Assembly: GCA_040285855.1 (NCBI GenBank)
Contig: JAUFOQ010000016.1
Coordinates: 2,480,001-2,544,000, forward strand
Length of the DNA stretch: 64,000 bases
Reading direction: 5' to 3'
Source of the DNA: Eukaryota sp. GEM-RC1
Lineage: Eukaryota
The notes below the pieces were generated by a model that saw only the letters and a list, made by a program, of their open reading frames with translations, made no database searches and was not told the origin of the DNA. Shown here one piece after another: positions 9,978 to 24,500 of the stretch. Position 1 is the stretch's first letter, and the number at the start of each line of letters is the position of its first letter. The position numbers were made by a program, and so were the translations under genes.

Positions 9978-12900
9978 TCAGGAAAAAAGGCTCTCAAATG
10001 ACTTCAATGTCAGTAATTCTTTAGGGAAATTTCCACGTGACCTAGCTTTTAGTAAAGACAAAGCACTAATCAAAAGGGAATTGTTCGGGTTGGATGCTAA
10101 AACTGTATCAATAAGGGAATAATGTTCAGTGATTCTTAAGAATTGAGTGAAAAAGGACCACGACAAAGATTGTGGTAACAATCATTGATGATGAAATTAA
10201 CAAAAACTGCCTCAAATTCGTCATTTGATTGGTCAAAAAGAGACCACAGTTCAGAAAGATGAGAAAACGGCAAGTCTTTTGCTATAAGAGGAAGGAACAA
10301 CTTGTAGAGATCAGAGCAATTAGTACTGCTGACCAAAGAAATTAAACGTGAGCTATCAAGATGTTTAAGAACATTCAACTCAGAGAATTTCGAAAACTGT
10401 CCACCAGAAATATCAGACGAAGAAATATTTAAAAACTGACGTAACACACAAATTATCATTGATGAAACTTCCTCAGAAAATGGGATTTCCATCAAGTTTA
10501 AAAAATTGAAGATTTGAGCAAAATTAGTCAACAACTGTGCATTATCACGAACAAAGTCAAAATCATCACTATTCCACTCGGAGACCTTTTTACACAATAT
10601 TGATTCAAATGGATGATCACTGATTTCCAACATATATAATCTTGATTCCAAAGCCTTCTTCTCTTCAATTGACAGAGAATCCTTACATACATCTAAAAAG
10701 ACTTGGAAAACAAGTGGTGACTCCATTGATGACGTCATCAAATGATCATGAAAGAATTTGACACACGGTTCAAAACAAAGCAGATGATTCAGCAAAGTTT
10801 CTAATTGTAACGACGACTCAGAAGCAACAAACTCTTGACACATCTCAATCAAAACATCATTCAAAGTATAAGTAATAGAAAAAGGAGAATTACCAACTAG
10901 ATCTTGAAGGGTGGAATAATCTAAGGAAGAATCTCTAATAAGTGATTTTAATAAAGCAATATAAAGATCATTGGAATCATTAAGAGAGATCAAAAGACAG
11001 CGATAATAGAAATGGGAGAAATCATGGATAATTGATTGGTAGTCGAAACACCAGTCAGATATTTGAGACAAATTTTGAATTTTGTTGAGATTTGATAGTG
11101 TTTGATTGGAACTCAATGTGCTTAGCACAACATTGCACACTGTGGGAGATAAGCTTTCTAAGGAACCCATCAAATACTCAATCACATCATCAAGATTGAT
11201 TGATTGTATTTCCAACAACGAATCAACCAACATCTCCGTTGTAGACTCATCACTTGTTTTTGATAAAATGCGAGTAAAGAGATGGGCAATATTAGGTTTG
11301 CTACAAACCATGCCTTCTTGGTGAGCTTCTAAGGTACAAATAAGATCAAAAAGAGCACATGCCTTAGACTCATCTAACGTCATCAAGAGATCAATCAACT
11401 CAAACCAAGAATTAGAATCAGTTTTGTTAAAAAGAAGTGATTCCCAATGAGAAGAGATCAGAAGTTCACGTGATGAATTAGAGTAAAGCTCAATTAATTG
11501 ACGGATAAATGAAAAAGTAGATGAAGATCGATAGAATAACGCTACTACAGCTAGTGATTGAATAGAATTCAAGGTAGACGTATCAATAGAGGTTAACGTT
11601 AGATCATCATCGATATACATGGCAGTGAAAAGTGATTTTACCACTGAAACATCAACACTACTGACATTTTGGCAGAAGTTTACCGACCAGTCATGTAATA
11701 CTTCAGAAACACTAATAGGAAAACCATATTCCTTCCAGAGACAAAATAGTTCAAACATTGGAAATTTAGTATGAGAAAACAAAGAAACAAACTCTTTCTT
11801 GAATAATAAATCATCAGTGAAAAGTTCAAAGAGCTGCACCTCTTCCAATGAAGTAGACTTGACAAACTGTTTGAATAACTTGAGTCCTTCATCGTTTGAA
11901 ACTAATTTTAAGAATGAAAGTGTTAAAGTAGAAGCTTGTTGAGCCCTTGGTGTCAAACGTTCACAGAACATATCATTAAAAGACTGTAGGTTTTGGAGAT
12001 AAACTGGGGTTAAACGGTGGAGGTTTTCAGAGGTGAATGATAGAAGAAGGCTTGAGGAACAGAAATGAAGAAAGATGAAGGATATGAAATCATCAAAATT
12101 AAAATTTGGAACAGATGCCAAAATATTTAAATGGACAAGTGATTGATTGGTTTTTAAGAGTAACTGTAATAGTTGTTCATGGCTCAACATTTCTAGAAAA
12201 TGATCAAATGTTGGAAGGAAGGAATTATTTGAGTACTTTCCCTTAATAATTGACTCCATGATGTCAGACGCAGCTAGATGAGGGTCAAAATGAGCTCCAC
12301 TTTGAATTATGTCCTGAATGCTTGCTTGTATTTCATTAATGGTAGCCACTTTTGAGGTCTCGACCTTATACAATTTAGCAACATCATATTCACAGCCCTT
12401 TAACTGAAATATTGAGGAATATTCTGTACTGTCACAATGATCCAGCAATACTTTCTGAATAGAGTCATCACAAGAGTATAGTTGAAGAGAACTCAAAAGT
12501 ATAGATTCCACGTCACGATGTTTTGGTAGAGAAAGTGGTGAGAATCTTTTGAAACAAGTGAAACAAGTGTTAGTCCTAAAGTCGATTGGACATTTTGATG
12601 TAAAATAGATACAAGCTTCAGAAAACACAGAAGTAGAAACCTTTCGATGTAGAAGATGATCAAGAATACAAGAACCGAGGTGTTTAAAATTTTGGTAAGA
12701 GTTGACAGATCCAGAAATTGAAATAAATGGTGATATTGTTTTTGTTACGAACTTCTCATCGAACTTTTTCTTACACTTTTGATAAACCAAGTCAACAAGC
12801 ATATCAACAATGACTTTTGGTTTAAATCTAATGTCAGAAATAAAACCTTCCGGGATAGACGTAACAATTAAAGATTGCTTTGTTCTAATGAAATTAAGAA

Positions 12901-15543
12901 AGTCACACTCGCATTGAAGTGTGGAACAATCTGCCAGGAACGCTGAAATATCAGATACAAACACTCCAATTAAATCAGCTGTACTTGACCCAAATGATAT
13001 CTTAGTTTTACGATAAAATTGAACTAAGACATCAGGAAACACGTCATGGATTAGCTTAGTGACGTGATCTAATTGAAATGATGATGAGTTTTCCAAAGCG
13101 TAGGACAACCATCCCTGAGCAATAACAGTAAAAACTAAATCCTGAAGAAGTAATTCATTGACAAAAGAAGGATCGATGGTTGAGATTAACTCAAATAAAT
13201 CCGCTGGTGATCCCAACCCAGCGAGAAAGTGTCGCAGTGTTTTTGATCGTATCTTAGCGTTGAGGAGAGTTGATAACTTAATTGGAGCACGGTGCACTGA
13301 AGAAATCAAATTGGCGAGACCTAGAGTATCAATCTCATTGAATAGAAACTCTGTGTTGAGAGATGTTATGAAATCGAGTAGGCAACAAATAGTGGACGAA
13401 TCTAGAGCTCGAGTTGATATGCTTTGGACCAAGTTTAATACAAGATAATCAATTTTGAACGATGACAGCACTTTTGATTCGGTCAAGAAATTTAAAATTT
13501 GTGTGAGAAGTGCTAGATCCACCTCAGTAAGAGTCGTCAAATATTTAAAAATAACATCACATAAAACCTGTTCACCTAATTTGTTTAGAAAATGATCAAA
13601 ACAGTTAGTAGTAACCAAACTTCCAGATTGAAGAGCTACAATGAGTTTCTGCTCATCATTTAATTGCTGAAAGGAATTAAAAGAAAAGTCATCACTTTTA
13701 ATTAATAGGTATTCTTCAAGAGAATTCAACAGATTAATAAATTCCTGAGAGTCTGACAAGTCTTCCAAGGGGCAGTTGAGAAGATGTTTGTTCTTAGACA
13801 CGTCTACATGTGAAAAAAATTCATTCAAAAATTGAAATTTGTCTGGTAGTAGATTGACCACGTGATAGAACTGACTACTGGAAATAACAGTAGAATGTTT
13901 CAGTAAGAGAGACTTACACTTGGAGTTGAGGGTATGCAGTTGACAGAATTCAATTATCATACTAATTGAAAATTCACAGTCAAATAAAAGCTTTTTAAAC
14001 AACTGTGGTGGATGCAAATGAACTAATGTGTAGAAGTCAGCGACGTTAAAAAGATCAGTACCATAGATTTGAACGTAAAAACGGACAAAACTTTCCACGT
14101 TGGATATCCAATCACAAACATGATTGGCCTGACTGATTATTGATTGGCTTTTTGATTGGAACGTGAAGGGAGGAGAAAAGTCATGAATGACGACATCAGA
14201 GCAGCGTCCTTGTACATACTCCAAGTAAATCAGCAAATCATCAACGGTCTTAAACATCTCAAAATTCAATCCAAAACGAACCAAGGAATCTGCTGACACA
14301 GTGTCCAATTTAGAGCTCAAAAACCTAGAAAGATCATCCATTTGATTGTTCTCTAACAAATCAAAAAACTCAGCAATAACGACACGATCACGAAACCAAT
14401 CAATATTAACTGAGTTTGAGATACGATAAGCTAAGGCAAAGTTGTGTTCTTTGATGGACTGTTCAAGAGCATCTTCTGCTTTGATTTGCTTGTAATAATA
14501 ACCAGTCATTGAACTACAGTCGATGAGGGCGAGTGACGAATTATTTAATTCGGTGGACAGTGATTTAACAAGAATTTTGGAGGAATTTCCATTAATACTC
14601 AAATTTTGGAACGATTTGATTGGAGAAAGTGTGGAAGGATCAAGAATTTCCATAACGCAAGAGTCACCTTGAGTGGATACGATCACAACATTTCCATCAA
14701 AAACACAGAAATCAACAACTTTCTGTGGCAGTTTCACAAACTTGTCACGAGAAGCCAATATAGATACCATCAAAAATGATTGATCAGAGAACAAAATTCC
14801 AAAATCAGAATCCGTTACAGACAGAACTTTAATTAACTCAATTGAATCTTTAGTTTTTGCCACGCAGATCTCTGAACACGTGTTCGAAACATTCGCCACA
14901 ACCTTGATTTGCTCAAGGGAAATCCCCAGATCAACAACCCAAAGAGAAAAGTGATACCTAAAAGAGCAGTAATTAGAGGAAAACACATGGAGAGTATCTT
15001 TTTGAACAGAGAACAAACAGGGAGTGGGAGAATCAACCGTTAGAGTACCCAGAAGATCCAAAGAATGAGAGAATACGGAGAAACTTCCATTTGATGACGA
15101 CACGATTAGAAATGATGACGTGAAGTGAGCTGATAAAGATCCCTTGATTAAAGAGGTAGGCAATTTGGAAGTAGATATGAGATTGAGTGTGGACGGATGG
15201 GAAACTGTCAACAGAAACACATGGGAAGAAGTAACGACACAACAGAGATCACCATAAACTGCAGTGTGGGTAATGTGGCCCTTAGTTGAGGAAAAAACTG
15301 GAGTTGAAGTGTTGTTAGGAATGTCAAGTAAATACAGATGTGATTTGGAACTACGGAAGAGAAAGTGAGAGTAGTTTGGAAGTTCCACAAATTGTTCGTT
15401 TCTAGTGGTTGTACGTTGTAAGGGAGAAAACAACAGTTTAAGAATAGAAACAAAAGATGGAAAATCTTGGACAAAATGGACCTACGAGGATTTGCCAGAG
15501 ATTTCACTGAGAACTGAAACGGGTCGTTGAAGAGATAAGTCAT
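9978..15543 (-). CDS. Large (~1850 aa) N-terminal beta-propeller plus alpha-solenoid protein, possibly ROD/KNTC1- or NBAS/Sec39-like
   Basis: 1765-aa ORF 10136-15433, extendable by probable -1 indels to the ATG at 15543 and the stop at 9978. Beta-strand-rich first ~310 aa, then a long helical Leu/Ser/Phe-rich region. The family assignment rests on architecture only. Confidence 0.6.
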
Positions 15544-15594
15544 GAAGTTGGTGAGAAATGCGTGAACAATTTTTTTGTAACATAAAAGGACTCA

Positions 15595-18500
15595 ATGTCT
15601 TCATCGTCCTCTGACTATGAATCAGTTGCATCTGCGTCTTCATCTGAGGATGAAAATGATTCATACAACTACAATGAGGTAGTTTCCGAACCAAATGAGG
15701 AAGAACAAACATGCCTCTCATGGCTCCAATCTCTCATGAAACTCTCTGTGGATCCTCCCTCTGTGCAATTATCTCTTAAACAACGGGACATCATATTACA
15801 ATTCGTTCGTGGTCGCTTTGCTACCCTTTATCTTTACCATCTCAATCAATCCCGCATCATCTCCCCCGAGCCTCCCTCTAAAGTTCATTCGGAAATCATC
15901 TACTTTATTGCTCTCTCTCAACCACTAAATCCTACTAACATCTTCAAATCTGTCCAACACGGTTCTGTCAACGGTTCCTCTGCCATAACCTCCCTTCTCA
16001 AACTCATGTCCTCAATCTACGTCCCTGCAGTAACACACAACAAAACCTGGCCTGAAGCCATGAAATCTGAATTCCTCGCCCAGCTCCAAAAGTTTATGGC
16101 TGTTCTTACTGAAACTGTGTACGCTCCCCAAGGCCAGACTGTTCTCTTTGTCCCTGACGAAGACGTCTCCTCCCCCGAGTCCGCCTCTCTTCGTAAAGAC
16201 TTAGTCCAAAGACTAGAGGCCACGGTAATCTACTGGACCAGGCAAATTCATGACGTCGTATCAAGTCAAGAAGTGTTCGAAGCTGCTGAAAGTCAAGGAC
16301 CTCTAGCTGAACTAGCCTTCTGGAAGGGCAGAGTAGCTGATCTAGAGGGAATTAGAAAGCAAATAGAAGAGAAGGGTGTGCAGGATATACTGTCTGTTTT
16401 AGATTACACTCAAAGTACTTACTTGGTACCATTTAAAAGTTTAGCTAGAGTGATTCGACTCAAATATTCTGAAGCAGAGAATAATTTAAAATTTTTGTCT
16501 ACTCTTATTGAGCCTTGTGAAGAGCTGGCTGATGTTGATTTAGAGTCATTCCCGTCGTTGTTGTCTGTTATCATTACACGTGTTCGTTTGATTTGGGAAT
16601 ATTCTAAATATTACTGTACTTCCAAAAGAATTAGTGGACTTCTACGTAGAATCACTAATGACGTCATCACTAGATGTCGTGGAGTCATTGATCTCCGTGA
16701 TTTATTCGGATTAGCTGAAACTCCATCTAAATCAGTTAATTTCGCTGACAATCTTCCCTCTAAAAGCACTCTCATTATCAATCTAGACGGTTATGAGTCA
16801 GTCCAAAGACTAGTCACTGTCCTCACCAAGGTTATCGAGGTCAACAACAACTGGAAACACCTCTTCAACTCCACTGTTAGTTCAATTAGTGAGAATGCGT
16901 CATCACGAGAGTTAACAGTCGAACAGTATGGCGTGGATTCTAAACTTTGGGACTTTGATGAAAGTCCTATCTTCGCTCAGGTTGACGCTTTTATTCAGCG
17001 TTGTCGAGACTTAATTGATATATGCACCTTTTACCTTCAGTTCACAGCTTGTGGTCGAATGCTAGACGATTCTAAAACGAGTACCGAAATTCCTGGGTTC
17101 GCTGGAGCTCGAGCCCGCCTTGTGGAAGGCTCTCTACTCTCAGTAGAACAGTCTTTTGTTGAGGAAATGGAAGCTATCCTACACTTGCAGTCTGTTGTTT
17201 TAGACGTACGTAACTCCAATTGGTATGAGGGATATTCACAGTTTAAAACTGCTATTAAGGATTTGGAAAGTGTCTTTGTTAACACTGCTTATTCTGCTTT
17301 CGATGACGTTGTCTGTGTAAATGAAGCGGTGGCTCTGGTTAATACATTTCAACATATTGCTGTAAGAGATTCTTTGAAGCGCTTGGTTGAACGTAAAATT
17401 GGTTTTGTTTTCCAGTTGTTCATGACTGAAGTTTCTGAAATCCGTAAGGAATTTGAAAATTTACGTAGATCTCCTTCTTATCCTGCTTACATGCCTAGGT
17501 ATGCTGGATCGGCCTTCTGGGCTACTGGTCTCATCAACAAACTCCAAGAGTCCTTACATTCCTTGGAATTGTTACCTGTACTTTCCTATCCGATTGCTAG
17601 TATTAAAGAGGCCTCCGAGTCCAAACAGCACTTCTTCTACGTTTCATCTCTAATTAACGACTACGTTCAAGGACTTTACACTGAATGGAAGGATCTTCTG
17701 TCCTCCCCTACTCTTCCTGCTAAGCTGGAGAATCCTTTACTTAAGAGGAGTGAGGATGATCCTGAACTTGTTGAGTCTAATTTCGATCCAGTTTTACTAG
17801 AACATTTCTATGAAATTTATTATTGGGGATTATTGAAGTTTGATATTCCTTTCCCTGCGACTCCACTGATCAGACATTCTCAACGTCTTTATGTCCTACG
17901 AGAATATGTGGAAACAACAGTTCGAGAGTATAACTTCATTAAATCCTCTTTGAATGATCGCAATCAAGGTCTGTTAGCTGACCGACTTTCTGATATCGAA
18001 GAATTAATCAAACCTGCCTTTGATAGACATAACTGGCTCTCCCGTAATGTTGTTGAGTATGTTAAGGACTCCCACACAGTTTGTTCTGGAACTACTGATG
18101 TTGTTGTTCAGTTCAATGACGTTAATAAGGAGATTTCCAGTATCTGCGAGTCCATAACTAAATGTACTGGAATTGTTCTCGAAAGAAAGCGTATCTACTC
18201 TTACGATTCCTATATAAAGGCCCAGGAACGGTTCAGAGGAGATTGTTTTGGCGAAATCCTCATGTATCAGAAGCAAATCCGTTCGCTTATGGAAAATCTA
18301 TCTCAATTTTTTACCTCAAGTTCCAACAAAGTTTTACAAGAGTGGAATGAGTTTGTTTGCTCTGTCGATGCTCAACTAGAACAATCACTATCACTTATGA
18401 TTGTTAATTCTATTAATGGACTTGCTGCGTCACTCCAAGGAACAATTACTAAGAATGATGAATTTTCCGAAGTTCAACCTGTTTTCAGTATCTATGCAAC

Positions 18501-21500
18501 ATTAAATAACAAGGAAGTTGTATTTGATCCTCCATTTTCAAAAATCTTACATTTAGTCGAAGTTACTTGCCAGAATCTCTTATCAATGACTAAGAAAATT
18601 CCCAGAATGTCTTTTTGATTCTCGTGGTAAGGACTCTGATGACGTACCTTCTTACTTCTCTGCCTTGTCTTCCAACGAATCCATTAAGAAGCTGGTCTCG
18701 TCATTACTCCAATCAATTGCTTCTTCTGAGACAAAGACAACCTCTTTCATTAACAGCTGGAGTCTTAAATATTCCCATATTTGGACTGATGTTCAACAAC
18801 CTAATCTAAATGACTGTGATAATATCATTGACGAGTTAGATCGCTGTGATGCTGATATTAGATCTTATAAGCAATTCAAAATGCAAATTCAAAACGAAGA
18901 TACTTTGTACCATCTCTTGTTCTTCCGTATTGATGCTTCTCGTTTAAAGAATCTGCTGATCAATTGGTGCGATGACTGGGTTGGAGCATTTACCTCGACT
19001 ATCCACACTGAGGCTAAAACTACACTTTTTGAATTATTTAAATATTTCAAAGACAAAGAAGCTGAACTTCGAGAGAAACCCCTTTCACTTGAAATGTTAT
19101 CCAAAAGCCTTGCTGATCTTGCCACTGTTCGTAATGAACTTCCTGTAATCGAGTCATCCTTTGAACCCATTCACAAGCAGTACAAGTTAATTCAAAGTCA
19201 TCAAGTAGAGATCACTGAACTGGAGACTGAACGACTGGAATCTCTGTCTAATAACTGGGTGGAGTTCAATACTGCTCTTCGATCTATTGACCATATGCTA
19301 GCACAATCTAAAAGCAGATTCAAGGAGTCCTTACTTGAGAATTTCCAAGTGTTTAAGAAGGGTGCGTCCTCTTTTAGATCTATCTTTGAAGAGAAGGCTC
19401 CTTTCAGTAGAACTTCTGTAGTTACTACTTCTGATGCTCTCTCTGTCATTGACGACTTTAGGTCTCAGTTGGGAGTTCACGTTGATAAGGAAGAACACTT
19501 GCGTCGTGGACTGGACTTGTTTGAAGTAGAAGCTGAAGATCAATCCTGCTTAACCACAACTAAAGCTGAGTTGGAGTTGTTAGAGGAAATATGGAGTCTC
19601 CAAATAGAGTGGGACAAGTACTGGGATCAATGGAAATTAGATCCATTTTCAAGTCTTTCTGTTGACGATGTAGACGTGATTTTAAGTCAGTTACATAAGA
19701 GATTGCATAAGCTGGGTAAACAAATTAAACATTGGGGTATATGGATGAATGTGAAGGAGAAAGTTTCTGAATTCAAGAGAAGTCTTCCTTTGATTACTGA
19801 TTTGCGCAATCCTGCACTTAGAGATCGTCATTGGAAACGTTTACAGGATTTGGTTGGTCACGTTTTTGATCCCAAATCTGCTGATTTTACCTTGGAAAAA
19901 GTCTTTCAATTCGGACTTCATCAAGTCATGGATGACATTTCCGCTCTTTCTACAGCTGCTTCCCAAGAACTTGCCATTGAGAATACTCTCACCCAGGTCA
20001 AAACTACTTGGACTGACCTCAGAGTCGAAACTTCTCGATACAAATCAGACTTTTACAGAATCAAATCCATTGAAGAAGTCACGTCAACACTCGAAGATCA
20101 TAATGTTACTCTCAGTACAATGAAAGGCTCCAAATACGTCACTGCTTTTCTACGTCAAGTTGAGGAATGGGATAAAATCCTTAATACCATCATGGAAACT
20201 CTTGACCTTTGGCTCTCCGTACAACGTCAGTGGTTATATATGGAATCAATCTTCTCTTCTGGTGATGCTATTGCCAGACAATTACCCAATGAAGCCAGAC
20301 TCTTTGGTAAGATCAACACTACCTGGAAGTTCTTGATGGATCGTCTTATCAAGGAACATGATTGTATCGCCTGGAAAGCCACTCACGTGGAAAACTTGTG
20401 GGAAGTATTGTCTCAAACCAATAGTGAACTAGAACAAATTCAAAAGTCTCTTGATGATTATCTTGAAACTAAAAGAATGGCGTTCCCTCGATTCTACTTT
20501 TTGTCTAATGATGACTTACTTGAGATTTTGGGTCAAGCCAAAGATCCTAGTACCATTAACAAGCACTTGAAGAAGTTCTTCATGGCTGCTAGTCATTTGC
20601 AGATTAATCCTCCTGGTAAAGATGGACGTCGCCACCATGAAATTGTTGGTATGTGGAGTTTAGAAAACGAATATCTTCGGTTCACTGCACCTCCTTTAGC
20701 CGATGGACCAGTTGAACTTTGGTTAGGTGAAGTAGAACGGGCCATGCAAATCTCTCTCCAAAAGTACCTTAAGGATTCATTGATTTCTCTTAAGCCAAAC
20801 GCTCTAAAACGTGAGAAGTGGATTCAGACTTGGCTTGGTCAGCTGATTATTGGTGCTGGACAACTTTTGTGGACTTCTGACGTTACTCGAGCTCTTCAGG
20901 AACTTGATAATGGCGGTAACCCTAACTCTCTCAAAATTCTACGTAAACGTCAGATTATGCTTCTTAATCGAATGACTGCCATGGTTAGGGGAGATTTGAC
21001 TCCACTCAATCGAGAAAAGCTCATTGCTCTAATCACCATCGAAGTTCATGCACGTGATGTCATTCAAAAGTTGATTTCAACTGGTACATCATCACCAAAT
21101 GAATTTGAATGGACCTCACAACTACGCTATTACATCGAGAACGACAAGTGTTATGTCCAACAAAACACGGCTGTTCTTAATTACGGTTATGAATATATTG
21201 GCAATTCAGGTCGTCTTGTTGTAACTCCTCTTACTGATCGTTGTTACATGACTTTGACTACTGCTTTGGAATTCAAACGTGGTGGATCGCCTCAAGGACC
21301 TGCTGGAACTGGTAAGACTGAAACTGTTAAGGATTTGGCTAAGGCATTAGCCCTTATTGGTATTGTTTTTAATTGTTCAGAAGATTTCGATTACAGATCC
21401 ATGGGAAGAATCTTCATGGGTCTTGTTCAAACAGGTAGTTGGGGTTGTTTTGATGAGTTTAATCGTATTGATATTGAAGTACTTTCAGTTGTTGCTCAAC

Positions 21501-24500
21501 AAATTCTATCAATTCTATCTGCTGTTGCACAAAATGCAGAAACTTTTGTTTTTGAAGGCAAACGAACTCCGCTCAAGCCATCAGTTGGTATCTTTATTAC
21601 TATGAACCCTGGTTATGCTGGAAGAACTGAACTCCCTGACAATCTCAAGTCTCTGTTCCGTCCAGTGGCTATGATGCGACCTGATTTAGCTCTAATTGCT
21701 GAGATTTCACTCTTTGCTGAAGGTTTTACTGCCGCCAAGGTACTTTCCAAAAAGCTTGTCACATTGTTTTCTCTCGCAGCTCAACAGTTATCTAAACAAG
21801 ATCATTATGATTGGGGTATGAGAGCTGTCAAGGCTGTTTTGCGTGCAGCTGGTCAATTGAAAAGAGCTCACGTCGACGCTTCAGAAGAGTTACTTATGCT
21901 CAAAGCTCTGTATGATTCGAATCACCCTAGACTTTTAGCTGAAGATGCTGTTCTATTCGGTGCTCTTTTGGGTGATCTCTTCCCTGGAATTGAACTTGAA
22001 AAACTTTACATCAGCACTTAGTTGAAGCTCTAGAGGCTTATCTTGAAAAACAAGGACTCCAAAAGAATGAAGTTGTCATTAAGAAAGCTCTTCAACTGTA
22101 TGAAACTCAACAAGTACGTCATGGTGTCATGCTTGTTGGTCAAACCTCCGCAAAGTCTACCATTTGGCACGCCTTGTCCAACGCTCTATCTACCCTGGCT
22201 TCTCGTGGTGTAAAAGGACCAGGCTTTGATATCGTTCATACTCACGTCATCAATCCAAAAACGATTGAGCTCTATGGTTACTCTGATCTTGCTACTAATG
22301 AATGGAAAGACGGTGTTCTCTCCCTTATTCTACGTAGAGTTTCAGCAGAGACTAAGACTGACCAACAGTGGATCTTATTTGATGGGCCTGTTGATACCCT
22401 TTGGATTGAGTCTATGAATACTGTATTAGATGATTCTAAAGTATTGACATTGGTCAACTCTGAACGTATTGCGTTCCCTTCTTTTGTCAACTTCTTGTTT
22501 GAAACCAGAGATTTGTCTGTAGCCTCACCCGCTACTGTATCACGTGTTGGTATAGTTTACGTTGATTGCAAGGAAGTCGGTTACATGCCTTATCTCGACT
22601 CTTGGATTGAAAAGAAGTCAATCAAATACGACTCTCACGTTCCACATCTCAAGAAATACTTTACTAAATACGTGGAGCCCTGCATTGCTCTCATTGGATC
22701 TGAATGGGCCCAAGCTCTTCCCTGTACCATGCTTAATTTAGTACAGTCTCTTACTCTGTTGTACGATGTCTTGGTAACTCCAGAGTCTCTTTCTGAGTGC
22801 AAGGACCAGGATAGTATTGGATCTTTTATTGAGCTTTACTTTGTATATTCATTAATTTGGTCATTTGGAGCATCTCTTACTGTGGAAAGCCGTGGTGCAT
22901 TTGACATGTATCTTCGTGATTTAGAACCTAGATTCCCAGCTAGGAATACAGTTTTTGAGTACTTTGTGGATCCTAAGAAGCATGGTTATACTCATTGGGA
23001 AGAAAAAATTCCAAGTAATTTAAAATTTGCCCCGTCACTTCCCTTCCACGAACGATTGGTCCCTACAATTGATACCGTTCGCTACAACTTTCTACTGACC
23101 AGACTTGTTCTCTCTGGTAGAACTGTCTTGGTCACTGGAGATACCGGTACTGGTAAAACAACTCTAGTAAAGTCCTGTCTGAAATCACTCCCTGAGGATC
23201 AAAAGTACGGAGTTCTCAACGTATCCTTCTCCGCTCAAACTTCCTCTGAACAGTTCCAACGAATGGTTGAGAATAGACTAGACAAACGAACCAGTGGAAA
23301 CTACATCCCTAAAAGTTGTAAGAAGCTTTGTCTCTTTGTTGATGAGTTCAACATGCCTGCAAAGACTGAGTTTGGAGCAATGCCGCCTCTTGAACTTACT
23401 CGTCAGTACCTTGACTATCAAGGATGGTACGATTTAGACAAGCAATTCTTCAAGTTCATTCATAATGTTCAGTTGATTGCTGCTATGGGTCTACCTGGAG
23501 GTGGTCGTCAGGTTATTTGTGATCGTTTAATGTCACGTATGCATACTGTTAACATCACGTTTCCAGATAAGACAACTGTGCAACGGATCTTTGGAACTTT
23601 GTATTCCTTACATACTAGTACTTTTGAACATGAAGTTTCTTCTTTATCTGAGACTTTCACTAATTCTACTTTGAGCTTGTTCGAGTATTTATCGTTGAAC
23701 TTATTGCCTACTCCCAAGAAAAGTCATTATTTGTTCAATTTGAGAGATATTTCACGTATTTTTGAAGGTCTATGTCGTTCAAACGCTTCTTTCTCCAAGG
23801 ATCAAATTGTCAAACTCTGGGTCCACGAGTGCTTACGTGTCTTTGGAGATCGACTTGTTGGAGTAGCAGACCACTCCAAATGTACTGGCTTTATCAACGA
23901 ACAGCTCACTGAAAAGTTCTCTTCTTCTTGGAAACGTGTTTGTTCTAAAGGCGGAGTTCCTCCAATGTTCTCCTCCTTCCACGAACTTGAATCTGGATAC
24001 TCTGAATGTCCTCCTCTTCCTCAACTACGAACAATACTTGAAGATAAGTTAGATGATTATAACCAAGATCATAAGATTTCATTAAATTTGGTTTTGTTTA
24101 AGGATGCTATTGATCATTTGCTTCGTGTTCACAGAGTTATTACAACTCCTAGAGGTAATTTGATTTTAGTGGGAGTTGGAGGATCAGGAAGACATTCTCT
24201 TGTAAAGTTGGCTAGTTATATAGCTGGCTTTAGATTGTTTGAAATTGAAGTGAAGAAGAATTATAGAGTTACTGAGTGGCATCAGGATCTCAGAGACTTA
24301 TTTAAAATTTGTGGTGTTGAAAATACTTCCACTGTATTTCTCTTTAGTGATGGTCAAGTTGTTCATGAATCATTTATGGAAGATGTTAATAACATTCTTT
24401 CCACTGGTGAAACGACTGGCATGTATTCTGCTGACGATTTAGTTGCCGTACGTGATGAACTTCGTCCCGTATTTAGAAAGAGTTTCCCTGGTGAGTTGGA

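Noticed and set aside
18608..18620. Euplotes- or prfB-like +1 frameshift at TTT TGA
   Set aside because: Single instance; the other shifts lack an adjacent stop and are mostly -1 in homopolymers.
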